Positions 51,791 to 64,000 of a stretch of 64,000 nt of DNA are shown here, in pieces. This DNA comes from Lama glama. Lineage: Eukaryota. Where the stretch lies: NCBI GenBank assembly GCA_028534125.1, contig CM052817.1:84632001-84696000 (forward strand). Reading direction: 5' to 3'. The position numbers and the translations under genes were made by a program. Position 1 is the first letter of the stretch, and the number at the start of each line of letters is the position of its first letter. The notes below the pieces were generated by a model. The model was not told the origin of the DNA. It did no database searches and worked only from the letters and a program-made list of their open reading frames with translations.

Positions 51791-52449
51791 ACATGAAGCT
51801 ATTTTGGAACAATCGGCTTGAAGCTGTCATGAGACTTTTGTGATTGCCAGGTAATTGACTTCACTTGTGGGGCAGGTCAAATTGCATTAATTGAGTTGAT
51901 CACAAATAACAGTCTCAAGCACCACTACACCTTGTGAATAATTACCTCAGGTACACAATACTATAATTAAGACTCTAGTTCTCAATCATACCCAATATGT
52001 TCTTGCTTGCTAAGTGAGGCATCTCAAGTGGCTTAAACGTTATCAGCTAATACCATAGGGTTGTTTCTGTAGGACTGGAAAGAGGAAACATCCTGCTGGC
52101 CTGTAGGATGGTTACAGAGTGTAGCCTTAAAATGTGGGCAGATGAAACACCTTCATGAGGTGCAGAACGATACATCAGCAGGAAATAACACTTAATGCTG
52201 TAACTGAGCAGTCTCTGAAGCCAAGTCCTAAAGAATACCTTGAGCTTCCATTTTCACCCCCAAATCTGATGGCTCTTCAAACACCTAGTGGCTCTTGGAT
52301 ATTTTTGCATACAGATCCCCATGGGTTTTTTAATGATAAAAGAGTTCTGGCTGCAGAGAGGTATGTTCCTTGAATGAAGGTGGAGGGGGCATCCCTTTCC
52401 TCACTGCTGGTCTCCCTCCCTCACACTCTGCTCCTCCACCTGCATGTGG

Positions 52450-52665
52450 TGGACTGGATAGTATCCTGGAGTCTAATCAGAGGATCTGGAGTGACTGCTG
52501 GGCTCCTCTACTAACCAGCTAAGTTATGTGGGTAAGTTGTGTAGGTAAGCAGTAGCTCCCCTTTGAGTCTTGGTTCCTTATGTGGAAAAGGGGATCATTA
52601 GGATTATTTGAAAAAATTACCTAATTGAGACTAGCATGCTTTGAGTATAAAATAACGAATGTAAA
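52450..52665 (+). mobile_element. MIR fragment
   Basis: GGCTCCTCTACTAACCAGCT..CTTTGAGTCTTGGTTCCTTATGTGGAAAAGGGGAT. Confidence 0.55.
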
Positions 52666-53124
52666 ATGTTCTATACAAATAATATTTTAAAATATACTAC
52701 TGTAGTTTTATCACTTTGTCTAATTAATCTGCTTCCTTATCCCCTCCCAGGCCACTCATCCCTGTGTTTTTGGCTCTCGTACTCAACCCTGCTTGTTTGC
52801 CGCTGTCCCAGGATTCACGCCTCATCCCGAGTTGTTCTCTTTTACGTGGCTGATCCTACTCTGGCCTCATGTTTACTGGCTGATTCTTGGTTTCTTATTG
52901 TGAAAGGGTCATTTTGATGTTTACATACAGCTTTTTATGCCCTTATTTGGCTTTGGCCTTGTCAAACTTTGTTGCTTAATTTCTTTCAGTCTGCAGGTTT
53001 AACATCCTCCCAACTGGGTCCTGTGGCCTGATCACCTAGGTGTCACCTTTGGATGTGTCTTAATGACGTTAACTGTTGCTCAGCTTTCCAAGAAAAATCA
53101 GTCTCTCAGAGGGCTTCCCTCTAG

Positions 53125-53295
53125 AGTCCTATTTCTTAATGTGCCATCTATACCAGAATCACCTGGGAACTGAAAATGATGCAAATCCCTGTGTCCTACC
53201 CAGAGCTACTATGTGAGATTCTTGGGGGCTGAAGTCTGGGCATCGGTCTTTTAAAAAGAAATTCCTGGGGATGCTCAGGCACACTGAAGAGCTTC
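53125..53295. mobile_element. MER5A-like hAT-Charlie MITE
   Basis: CAGAATCACCTGGGAAC..ATGCAAATCCCTG..CCTACCCAGAGCTACT..TTTTAAAAAGAAATTCCTGGGGATGCT. Confidence 0.55.
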
Positions 53296-53364
53296 CCTGC
53301 TTTGTTTCCTTCTCTAACCAAAGCTCCTAGACCTTGAGCTTGCCTTCTATAACAGCAGCAGCAA

Positions 53365-53575
53365 CAGCAATAATAGTAGCACATGTTGGTTGCTTACCAT
53401 ATGCCAAGAACTCTAAGTGCTTTCACATTTATTTCATCCTTAAAACAAACAAAAATAATATATATATTATTCCCATTTTTCAGATTAGTAAACTGAAGCA
53501 ACACTACTAATATCAAAGCTGGAATTCAATTCCAAGCTGGTTTAATGTTAGATGCTATATTCACATTACTACACG
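53365..53575 (-). mobile_element. MIR SINE
   Basis: TGCTTACCATATGCCAAG..CTAAGTGCTTTCACAT..TATTATTCCCATTTTTCAGATTAGTAAACTGAAGC..GCTGGAATTCAA. Confidence 0.7.
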
Positions 53576-54056
53576 ATAGCTGTCTCTGTACTTGGAACGT
53601 GGCTTTGCTTCTTGTCTGTGGACTTTGGTTTTGATAAAGGCCTGGGTTCTTTCACATGCCTCTCTGCTGACCACCATGATAGCACCCCCTTTTCCTGCCC
53701 AGAATCCTCTTCTTTTCAGCCCTCCTGCCTAGGCTTCTTTCTCTTAGTTTGCTTCCTTTGTCTTTGTTTAGATACGTTTAGGTTCTTGTTGAGATCACTT
53801 CATCCTTTGAGACTTAAATAAAATTGGTTTAAACACTCTAACCCTCATAATGTGGAAAGGATAGTTTAAACTCCACCAGTATTTCTGTGAATTTACTGGG
53901 GCTTGTGTTCTTGTGGTCATGTTCCACATATGTTCCCGAGGACTCTCAATTTCATCCGTGTCATTTCCTCAGTGGTTCTAGTGGCTCTGAGCTGATCCTT
54001 CCATGGCACCCAGGCCCTTTTCCTTGATTCTTCCCAAATACCATTCTTGGAAGGTA

Positions 54057-54090
54057 GTGTGTGTGTGTTTGTGTGTGTATGTGTGTGTGT
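54057..54090. repeat. Interrupted (GT)n microsatellite
   Basis: Read directly. Confidence 0.9.
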
Positions 54091-54515
54091 AAACTTTTTG
54101 AGTTTGGAGAGGTGAAGGAGATTACGTGGAATTAATTTAAAATGGACATTAGGTTTCTTATTCCTAAAAGGAGCCCTAATCCTGCTGAATGGAATTTTTC
54201 AATTGCCAGCTTTCTCTGTAGGTCTATCATGTTTTTCACGTCCCTGAGCCTTATTCTTTGCCTATCTTCTTTTCTAACATTCCCCATTCCAGAATTCCAA
54301 GACGCTACAAGGTAGAGGAGGATTAATTGCAGGTTGAGTATTATGAACAATGACTGTTATATGGATACAGATTTCATTGTCAGGCCAGTGGCCGAGAAAA
54401 CTTCATTGAGAAGGATGGATTTATTAAGATCCATTCTAATAGAAGTATCTACTCCTCATTGACCCAGTTTGGATATTTCTGTTGTTCTTAATGTAACATT
54501 TAAGTGTCCATGCTT

Positions 54516-55297
54516 GACAGCATGGTATTGGTACCAAAACAGACATATAGACCAATGGAACAGAATAGAGAGCCCAGAAATGAACCCACAAACTTTTGGT
54601 CAACTCATCTTCGACAAAGGAGGCAAGAATATACAATGGAATAAANNNNNNNNNNNNNNNNNNNNNNNNNNNNNNNNNNNNNNNNNNNNNNNNNNNNNNN
54701 NNNNNNNNNNNNNNNNNNNNNNNNNNNNNNNNNNNNNNNNNNNNNNNNNNNNNNNNNNNNNNNNNNNNNNNNNNNNNNNNNNNNNNNNNNNNNNNNNNNN
54801 NNNNNNNNNNNNNNNNNNNNNNNNNNNNNNNNNNNNNNNNNNNNNNNNNNNNNNNNNNNNNNNNNNNNNNNNNNNNNNNNNNNNNNNNNNNNNNNNNNNN
54901 NNNNNNNNNNNNNNNNNNNNNNNNNNNNNNNNNNNNNNNNNNNNNNNNNNNNNNNNNNNNNNNNNNNNNNNNNNNNNNNNNNNNNNNNNNNNNNNNNNNN
55001 NNNNNNNNNNNNNNNNNNNNNNNNNNNNNNNNNNNNNNNNNNNNNNNNNNNNNNNNNNNNNNNNNNNNNNNNNNNNNNNNNNNNNNNNNNNNNNNNNNNN
55101 NNNNNNNNNNNNNNNNNNNNNNNNNNNNNNNNNNNNNNNNNNNNNGGAAATATACACAAAGTGTTATGATAAATCACAGAGAAAAAAATGTGACAATGAG
55201 TGTGTATATGTCCATGAATGACTGAAAAATTGTGCTGAACACTGGAATTTGACACAACATTGTAAAATGATTATAAATCAATAAAAAAAATATGAAA

Positions 55298-55336
<39 letters not shown>

Positions 55337-55338
55337 AA
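54516..55338 (+). mobile_element. Young 5'-truncated L1 spanning an assembly gap
   Basis: The left arm encodes uninterrupted ORF2 [43 protein letters not shown]. The right arm is the lineage-specific 3' UTR with AATAAA and a (TAAA)n tail. Confidence 0.88.
54646..55145. other. Assembly gap (500 N)
   Basis: Exactly 500 N. Confidence 1.
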
Positions 55339-55599
55339 CTTCAGCAAATAAGTATTCTGGGACCCCTCTAGTTCTATCTCCTTAATGTGGGGAGAAATAC
55401 TCATGGAGAGGCCATTGCAATGGTATGAAGGAAAATGGGATGCACTAGGCAACACTCCTACTAAGATGTAAGATAGGTGAGGTCCCTGGAAGCATTTCAA
55501 AATACCTATTCATGAAGATTGAACAGTCTCCTGGCATAGGCCCGGGGTACAGAAAATGCCATTTATTCTTCCCTGGCTGGCTAACAAGAATGGATCTAA

Positions 55600-58500
55600 C
55601 ACATAAAGTGGACTGTCTTCATTTCTTCATTTCTTATGGATTTCTCAACTTACTCCATTTTGGTTTCTGCTTCCCCCCAAACCACTAAACTATCCTTATT
55701 TAGATCATAAAAGACCTTTGTAACTTTCCTTTCAATGGAAGATGACTTGTCTTCTTTGTTTTTGATCTCTTACCAATTTTTGGTTCACTTAACCACTCTC
55801 TCCTTTTTATTTTTTATTCTAAAAAATTTTAAACACCTTCATACAAAAAAAAATTCATCCATTTTAAACATACATTTTGTTGAGCTTTAGTAAAGGTATA
55901 CAGTCATTAAAGCACCACTACAATGAAGTTTAAGACCAAATCCATCATCCCGAAAGTTCCCTTTGCTCCTCATCACACCCACCTCGCCCCAAGGAACCAC
56001 TTACATATTTTCTGGTACTACTTTTGCCATTTCTAAGTCATATAAATGGAACCATATAGTATGTACAAATTTATATCTGACCCCTTTCGCTTAGCATGAT
56101 ATTTTGAAATTCATTCATTTGCTTGCATGTATCATTAGTTCATTTTTAAAAAATTACTGAGTAATTGTCTGTAGTTTGGATAGACCACATTCTGTTTATC
56201 TAGTTGGTGGACACTTGTACTACTATTTTTTGACTGTATTGAAAACGCTGCTATACACATTCTTGTAAAAGTCATTGTGTGGACATATGCTTGCATTTCC
56301 CTTGGGTGAACACCTAGGAAAAATCGTGTGTCATGTGATACATGCTTTTACTTTTTAAGAACGTGCCAAACTGGTTGAAAAAGTGGCTGTACCACTTTGT
56401 ATTCCAATCAGCAGTGTATAAGGGCTTCAGTTTCTCCATAGCATCAGCAACACTTAAAATTTTAGTTATTCTTTTAGGTATGTATTGCTATATCACTGTG
56501 CTTTAAGCTTGCATTTCCCTAGTGACCAGTGATGCTTAGCTTGTCATGTGCTGGCCATTCATATATATATATTTTATAAATATATTTTATATATTTTATA
56601 AATATATATATATATATTTTTTGTAAAGTGTCTGTTTAAATCTTTTACACATTTAAAAATTGTTACTAATCTCCTTATTGAATCATAAGAGCTATCTATA
56701 TTCTGAATACAAGTCCTTCAGATCTGATATACATTTTATTAATAAAGTCTCCCAATCTATGGCTTGTCTTCTCATTTTATTAATGGAGACCTATAAACTA
56801 AAGTGTTTAATTTTGGTTAAGTCTAATTTGTCAATTGTTTTTCTTTTATGGTTAGTATTTTTTATGTGCTATCTAAGAAACATTTGCCTAATACAAGGTC
56901 ACCAAAGTTTCTCCAAAGTCTCCTCTTATGTTTTCTTCCCAAATTTTATGATTTTAGCTCTTATGCTTTGGTCCATGATCTATTTTGAATTAAAATTTGT
57001 CTATGGTGTGAGGAATAAGTTAAGTTTTTCCCCCATATTGGATATACAGTTATTCCAGAACAATGTGTTGAAAAGATTATACTTTTCCCATAGAATTACC
57101 TTGGTGGCTATAAAAAACCAATTGACATGTAAGTGTGTTTATTTCTGTTCTCTATATGCCTATCATTATGTCAATACCATACTTTCTTGATTACTGTAGT
57201 TTTAAGTAAGTCTTGAAATCAGGTTGTGTATGGCCTCTGACTTTGTTTTTCTTTGATAATTGTTTTGATTATTCTAGATCCTTCGAATTATCATATATAT
57301 TTTTTAATTGACTTGCCAATTCTCCCAAAATCCTATTGAGATTTTTCAGTGGAATTACATTTAATCTATAGATCAATTTGGGGGAGAATTTCCATCTTAA
57401 CAATATAGATTTTTATATATCGATCTATAATTTGGTGACCTTGATAAATCCATTTTTTTAGCTTACTTGTAGATCCCTTAGGATTGTCTGTGTACAGGAC
57501 CATGTTGTTTGCAAAAAAGAGAATGTTTTACTTCTTTTCTAATTTGTGTGTCTTTTATTTATTTTTCTGGTCTTATGGAAATAGCTACATCTTTAGTAGT
57601 GAATAAAAATGGGGAGAGGAGAGAATTCTTGCTTTGCTGTTCTTGTATTATCTAAAAGTGTTCTAGTTAAATATGATATTAGCTGCAGGTTTTTTCATAA
57701 ATCCTTTTTATTAGGTTGAGAAAGTTCCCTTCCATTCTTAGTTTGTGAAGAATTTTTATTATGAATGGGTGTTATTATTTTTTGGCTTCAATTTGCTAAT
57801 AATTTGTTAAGGATATTTGCATCAATTTTAATGAAGGATATTGGGTTGTAATTTTCTTTTGTTATGATGTCTTTGTCAGAGTAATAATGGCCTAATAAAA
57901 TGAATTAGAACTTCTTTCTCTTTGTCTGTTTTCAGAATGAGTTTGTGTTGGATGGTTATTATTTATTTCTTAAATGTTTGGTAGGATTCATCGGTGAAGT
58001 CATTTGGGCTTGATGCTTTCTTTAAAGGAGGATTTTTAAAAGTTATTAATTCAGTTTCTTTACTTGAGCTAAGCCTATTCAGAATTTTTATTAGTAGCTT
58101 GTAATTTAGTAACATGTTACACTGGCTAGTTACTAACAGTAGTAAGTTTAGTCTTTCAGGGAATCTGTCCATTTTATTTACATTATCAGATTTACTCATG
58201 CAAGATTGTTTACAAAATTTTTATAATCCACTTTAATTTCTATAAAATCAGTAGCAATGCTGCCTTTCTCACTCCACATATTGCTAATTTGCATCTTTTT
58301 TGTTCTTGTCCAGGCTAGCTAAATATTTATTCATTATTGATATTTAAAAAATTTTTTTAAAAATCCAGTTTTTAGTTTCATTGATTTTCCCCTAATGCTT
58401 GTCTTTTTTTCTGTCTTGCTTATTTCCATTCTGCTCTTTATTACTACTTTTCTTCTAGATTATTTGGATTTCATTTTTTTTTTTAGCTTCTTAATGTAGA

Positions 58501-60495
58501 AGCTTTGATAATTGATTTGAGGCCTTTCTTCTTTTTTAGTATAGGTGTAAAGTTTTCTTTATGGTCTGCCTTAGATTCATCTTACAGATTTTGATATGTG
58601 TGTTTTCATTTTGCTTCATTCAATTTAAAATATTTTCTAGTTTCCTCGTGATTTCTTCTTTAACTCATAGGTGATTTAAAGGTTTATTATTTAATTTTTA
58701 CACATTTGTAGTTTTCCCAGATTTCTTTTGGTGATTGATTTATAGTTAAATTCCATTTTGGTCAGAAAACATACTCTGTATGATATCAATGCTTTTAAAT
58801 TATTAAGCCTTTTTTATAGCCAGCATGTGCTTTATCCTGGTGAATATCCTATTAGCACTTGAAAAGAATGTGTTTTCTGCTATTGTTGGGTGGAGGGTTC
58901 TACAGATATCAATTAGGTCAAGTCGTTTGATAATGTTTTTCAATTCATCTGCATCCTTTGTATATCCAAGCTGTGTGTGGGTTGAGCACTGCATTCAAAG
59001 GCACAACATATTCACCAATCTCTTCAGGCTTTTAATATTTGCTAGCTTCTGGAGATCTCCTGCATTCATGCTTAGAAGTTATCTAGAAATCTTTGGGCAA
59101 TTTTTATCTCAGCACTTCTCATGCTCTTTTACTTCCAAAATCTCCCAGTTAAGATTTTAGCTACTCTCTTGCCTGCCCTGAACTGAGTCATCCACTTCTG
59201 ACAAAAAAAGCTGTAGGTTTTTGCAGTCTGAGCTGGGTGGGATTGGAATGATAACTGGCAAGAAGGCCAAACAACACAGTTGAGTAACAGTTTTCCAATG
59301 GGTAAACAATTCTCAGGTTTTTCTTTGCCTTTCATTGTATTCCAGTGCCTGAAATTGCTTAAATAATTTTTCACTTTATAGGATTTGATTTCTGTGGAGT
59401 GGTCTTCCTGTGCCACCATCACCAGAAGTAGATCTCTGCTCCTTCCCTTAGAAACATTGCTTTTTCTTTGCTGCCATGATCCTGAACGTCTTGGGGCCTT
59501 TAAGTTTCCTTTAAATATGGGAATGTCTTGGCATATAGGAGTAACCACTTTTTAGAAAAAGGCAGAGATTCATTTTTCTTCTTGCTTCACATATTCCTCT
59601 TAGGTGATCTCATTGATTTCCACAGCTTTAATGGCCACTATATGCTACTTCTAAAATTTATATCCCCAGCCTAGACTTTTCCTTTGCACTCCAGACTCTT
59701 AAACTTATCAACTTATCCTTTTACACTGAACTCTTTTCTTGGTACCTTAAATATAAGTCTGAAATAGAATGCAATCTTTTCTCCCTAACCTGCTCTTCCT
59801 CCAGGATTCCTTATCTTACTAACACAGCTATCAACCACCATTATTCTTGGCTTGTCCTTAGTATAGTCATTCTTCTCCCTACACCCCCATAAATATTCAA
59901 TCACCAAGTACTGCCAATTTCATCTTCTAAATACATTTGAATATGACCACATTTTTCATTTCCATTGTCATCGTATGAACTAAGCCATCACCTCTTTCTT
60001 GAACTTCTTAGGAGCATTCTTATTTTTCTATCCAGACATCTTAGATCATCTTTTAAAGATCTTTATCTTATTATGATCATTATCTGAAAACATATCTCTA
60101 TCTTTCTTATGCTTTTAGGATAAAAAGCAGAGTATTCAACATGGTTTGTATGACCCTGCATGATCTGGTCCATCCCGGCCACTCCAGGCTCATGTCACAG
60201 CACCCTCTGTTTCACTCTCTGCCATTCAGTCTATAAGGGTCTTTTTTCAGTTCCTCAAATATGTGCTTTCCCTGACTCCCTAAGACCACCCTATTACATG
60301 ATTTCAAGTGCACTGTATCTCTTCCTGGCTCCTAGCATGTTTATCATGTAATTATGTGTTCAGTGTTTTCCCTGCTTGTATGCTGGCTACCCAAAGACCT
60401 GTGTCTGTTTTGTTCACTACTGTATCAACAATATTTAGTGGAATACCAAGCACAAATTAGTCTCTTAGTAAAATTTGTTTAATGAATGAATGCAG
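55600..60495 (+). mobile_element. L2 RT-to-3' remnant in two parts (55600-55805 and ~59435-60495), split by an L1
   Basis: The left part ends ..TTAACCACTCTCTCCTT and the right part resumes CTCCTTCCCTTAGAAACATTG (DHSLLLETL-like continuity). It ends AAATTTGTTTAATGAATGAATG. Confidence 0.7.
55806..59430 (-). mobile_element. Old L1 (~3.6 kb) with 3' UTR, internally deleted ORF2 and probable 5' end
   Basis: Minus-strand ORF 58803-58994 LDLIDICRTLHPTIAENTFFSSANRIFTRIKHML (L1 endonuclease) and ORF 57963-58199 ..SSPNDFTDESYQTFK (ORF2). Confidence 0.85.
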
Positions 60496-60894
60496 AGGAA
60501 TATAATTTTATACTTATTGAACTGAATGCATTTCTGTATTGTTTCAGGTTCACTATATGGACAACTAAGATTAGAGAATCACAAAATTACACAATCAGGC
60601 TGGTCCAAAGATTATAGATGTAAAATAGGGGAAACCATTCCAGGATCTTCCCTCCTCTATAACCTGACTGCAGATAGGTCTTTCTGTCCCAGCTCAGTTC
60701 TGCGCCCTTTCCTCACCTCTTTCTGATGTTTTATAACTCTTAATTGGAGTTGGGTAGGAAGTTAATGGAATAGTGGAAATAACTCCCACTATTTGGAAAT
60801 TCATGTTGGGTATTTTTTGACAACTTTTCTTAAGGTCTTTTGTTTAGACACAATGCAATTTTATTCTGTTTAATATGCAAGTCTTTCCTTTTAA

Positions 60895-61115
60895 GGCTTA
60901 GTATATGTTATTATCTACTAAATAGTTAAAACATGCAGGCTTTGACACCAGCAAATTCCACTTACTATCTGTGTGATCTTTAGTAAGTTTCCAAACCTTT
61001 CTATAGTTTTCTCACCTATAAGATGGTGTAAATGAGACTAACTACTGCATAGATATAAAATGCTTAGAAGAATATTTGAAACATATTAAATACTTAATAA
61101 ATATTAGCTTATGTT
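60895..61115 (+). mobile_element. MIR SINE
   Basis: TCCACTTACTATCTGTGTGATCTTTAGTAAGTT..GTTTTCTCACCTATAAGATGG..TAAAATGCTTAGAA..CTTAATAAATATTAGCT. Confidence 0.7.
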
Positions 61116-63412
61116 TAATATCTGGCTCCCTAATTTCTTTTGCCATACATCACTCTTTTCCTCCCATATTATAGGACCTAATTGTCACTTAATTGGACAG
61201 GATCAGAAACCATGGGGGAGAGGAATCTGATTGAACATTCCCTGAAAGTAGGAGCATGCCCTATCATAGTGCCTTGCACATAGAAAGTGCTCAGTAAATA
61301 TTTGGTAATGGGCTTTCTTTAAAAATATGATCTAATTCCCTCTTTCATTCAAATGTTCTCTCCCTCAATTAGCTTAATTTAGTGTATTTGTTCTATTCCA
61401 TCAGAAACCCCCAAATTAGTTTGCATTAGATTAATGTCAGAGGTCATACCTTTTTAATTAGCACTAATTAAGGCAATTAGTTACCATTAAAAAACAAGGA
61501 AAACATGAAATAAGCTGACTGTGGACCTATGGGCTCTTTAAAATCTTCAGGCTGCTGGGCCTTGCTGAAAATTCACTTATTAAAATGTTTAAAATATCAA
61601 GGTCCATGAGACTGCCTTGGTATCAAAGCAAGGCCAAACAAAACAAAAAGAAACACGGAAAAAAAGAGATGTCGTCTTCAATAGGGTAACCAGCTGCTGT
61701 GGGTACCTTTTAATCTGTCGGAGTTAGGAACCAATCGCTCAACATACAGTTGAGTAGAGGTGAAGAAAAATTAGGTCAATCGATTGAACTATTTTAACAG
61801 GCTAGTCAGAGCTGAAAAAAAATAGAACTTAACTTGGTGTACTGGCATCTGTTGAACAGGAAGCTGAAGTCAAGTGTGCTTTTTTGTTATTAAGCTTCTC
61901 CACATCTGATGAATTTGAAGGAAACTTGTCTCTCTCTAATTGGTTGGTGTCGTACAGATAAGATCCACCTTACTTTTATTGCCACTTTCCACTCCTGTCC
62001 CCAGCTGGAGGCACTCACAGCTGAGGCGGGGAAGACGAATAATAAAGAGGCTTTCTTGGTTCTCTGTGGTCTTTGAATCTTCAGTTCTCCATGGGGGAGC
62101 AGTGCTGATTGAGAAAGAAAGGGTCTTATGGCATCAAAGGGAGGGCCATTGGCATGTGTGAGACTCACACCTCCTTAGGCTGCTTTAATCAGAGCCAAGA
62201 GCTCATGGGAAATGAAAACAATTCCCCACCTTCTGCTCTCCTTTGTATGGTATTTATCATGTTTTCTTTCTGAAATTAAGGGGGGAATATCCCCTTTTCC
62301 TTTGTAATTCAAATCTGAAAAGTTACTTTTATTTTTTAATTTTTTCTTTAACTCTGTTTCCATGACATACATGAGTGGTGTGGTTTTTTGTTTTTGTTTT
62401 TGTTTTTGTTTTAACTCTACAGCCCCCTCCGCATGGCCATTCAATTTTCTCTTCCAGGCCATTTAAATATATTCCCAGAGAATGTGATAAGGCTGGTCAA
62501 AAAGTAGATACTTGTAATCACTAACTTCAAGTAAATCATGGAAGATTAACTTTATCTTTCTATAAAAGATGGAATAGTGTGTGAAATGGGCAATTTGAAT
62601 ATTTTCAGGGAAGAGGATTCTTGCCTTACTTGATTGCTTTAAACCAATTGGAGAGATAAAAAACATTGAACACTTGCTCCCCCCAGCTCTTCTCCTGCCA
62701 GGCACTCTCCTTTACAGAACTCACATTGACAACATAATGAACGCACAGCACAGCTGTCAAAGGAAACGTTTGAGCACTTGTGAAATTACAGGCTGCTGCA
62801 GAAATGACTTAAGCATGCCATTACCTCTTGCTGCATTTAGAACAAATAAGCCACCTGCCCTTTAGGTATTATCTGATCTGTTTGAATAGACTGCTATATA
62901 GACCCACACAGAAGACTCCAAACATTCTCTCTTACAATTCTGCTCAGAGAACTGCAGCTTCAGCACCTCACACTTCCTCTTCTCAGTGCTCTCCTCTCCG
63001 ACTCAGCCTTTGCATACATTATATAAACAGCCACATGTCTGTTTCCTGTGTTAAAGGAAGCATCATTTTTGTGATTGCAGTTACCTAGCCCTGGGCTGCT
63101 GTATCTTCGAGTTGTGCCAGTCTGACTTCAAATCTGTGTAGCTCTTACCTCTAAAGCAAATTGTTTGAACATGAATCCGCCTCACAACTAAAAGCTCTTT
63201 CCTATCAAACATAGATTGAGTTTTCAGAAATGTTTTAAGATTTACTAATCAATCTGGAATAGATAAATTAACTCAGATACCACAGCTGCCTTACCATAGC
63301 TTTTATCTCCTCAGCAAGGAGGAACATTTTAGGTTTGTGCTCTCGGGAGCACCACCCTTGCCTTTCCCATGCTCTTGGCCAACACCCTGGTTGAAGGTTA
63401 CTTAGTGCTTCC

Positions 63413-63885
63413 TGCACCGATCAGGGTGCTGGGAAGACACCAATGGCACACTGAAAGTGGGTTAAGTGGAGGGAAGTTTACTAAAGGGTTTATTTGCTAA
63501 GGAATCCATCAGGGACAAAGTGGTACCCTAGGGCTGTTGGGGTGGCTGTTGTTACAACCCCTAAGCCTGAAGGCGTAAGGGGAGAGCAGCTCCTGAACCT
63601 TAGAGGGAGTAGGCACAGAGTGGGCCAGGTGAAAGGAGCCGGGACATCCCATCTGGACAGGACACAGCCAGCCCGAGGTAACCTGGCAGGGGAGGAGCTC
63701 AGGAAATTTGCACCTCCAACTTACTCTTGTGCTTCCTCCAGATCTCCTGTGGGTCCTCACCATTGGCTGAACATAATGCAAATCCAGAAGGGAAGGGAGT
63801 CTGAGATGCCTAGTCCCTCAGGTGAGAGGGCAGATAGAGAAGAGTGGAGAGTGGTCCTGAGGGCAGATGAAGGGTATCCAGTTCA
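63413..63885 (-). mobile_element. ERVL solo LTR (LTR40-like)
   Basis: TG..CA ends; motifs ATGGCACACTGAAA, GTTACAACCCCTAAGCCTGAAGG, CCATTGGCTGAAC, GTGGAGAGTGG. Near-TSD CTTCC/CTTGC. Confidence 0.75.
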
Positions 63886-64000
63886 CTTGCTGAGGAGAGT
63901 AAAAAATAATGGTTCTAATGGTTTGTTTCTTAGTCACCTCCACCAATTCCCATGTATCCTTTAGACTGGAGTCCAAGTACTATTCTTAAAGTGTAGCTGA

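Noticed and set aside
54469..55255. Longest ORFs in the track (185-250 aa)
   Set aside because: They are artefacts of translating the 500-N gap; the real residues are L1 ORF2.
56561..56622. 62-bp AT-only quasi-palindromic tract
   Set aside because: Ordinary (TA)n slippage expansion inside an L1.
56660..57190. 176-aa hydrophobic ORF resembling a membrane protein
   Set aside because: It is the antisense reading of a T-rich L1 ORF2 remnant.
63494..63964. 156-aa ORF
   Set aside because: It lies mostly within a GC-rich solo LTR and has no recognisable domain.
1..64000. CRISPR array, operon, CpG-island promoter or prokaryote-type defence system
   Set aside because: The sequence is CpG-depleted mammalian DNA with no regularly spaced repeats, gene-dense ORFs or CpG island.

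Overview
Mammalian, AT-rich, CpG-poor non-coding DNA (gene desert or large intron). It is probably camelid (alpaca/camel): it carries three tRNA-Ala-like SINEs of the Vic-1 type and several short, little-diverged L1 3' ends that share one tail sequence. I recognise no host protein-coding exon. The ORFs in the track are chance ORFs, N-gap artefacts or decayed retroelement sequence. Roughly half the window is interspersed repeat: nested L1s of several ages, long L2 remnants, MIRs, a ~2 kb ERV-L pol remnant (RT-RNaseH-IN-dUTPase), a two-LTR MLT1A-type MaLR, solo LTRs and hAT MITEs. There is one 500-N assembly gap inside a young L1. Repeat-poor blocks (about 10.5-13.3, 22.4-29.9, 51.1-52.4 and 61.3-63.4 kb) contain homeodomain/TALE motif clusters that look like enhancers. 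I found no convincing novel biological system. The best leads are the enhancer-like motif clusters, a local duplication with palindromes, an exact 19-mer repeated 7.5 kb apart, and unusual retrotransposition junctions. Repeat subfamily names are from recalled consensus similarity, and old-element boundaries are approximate.
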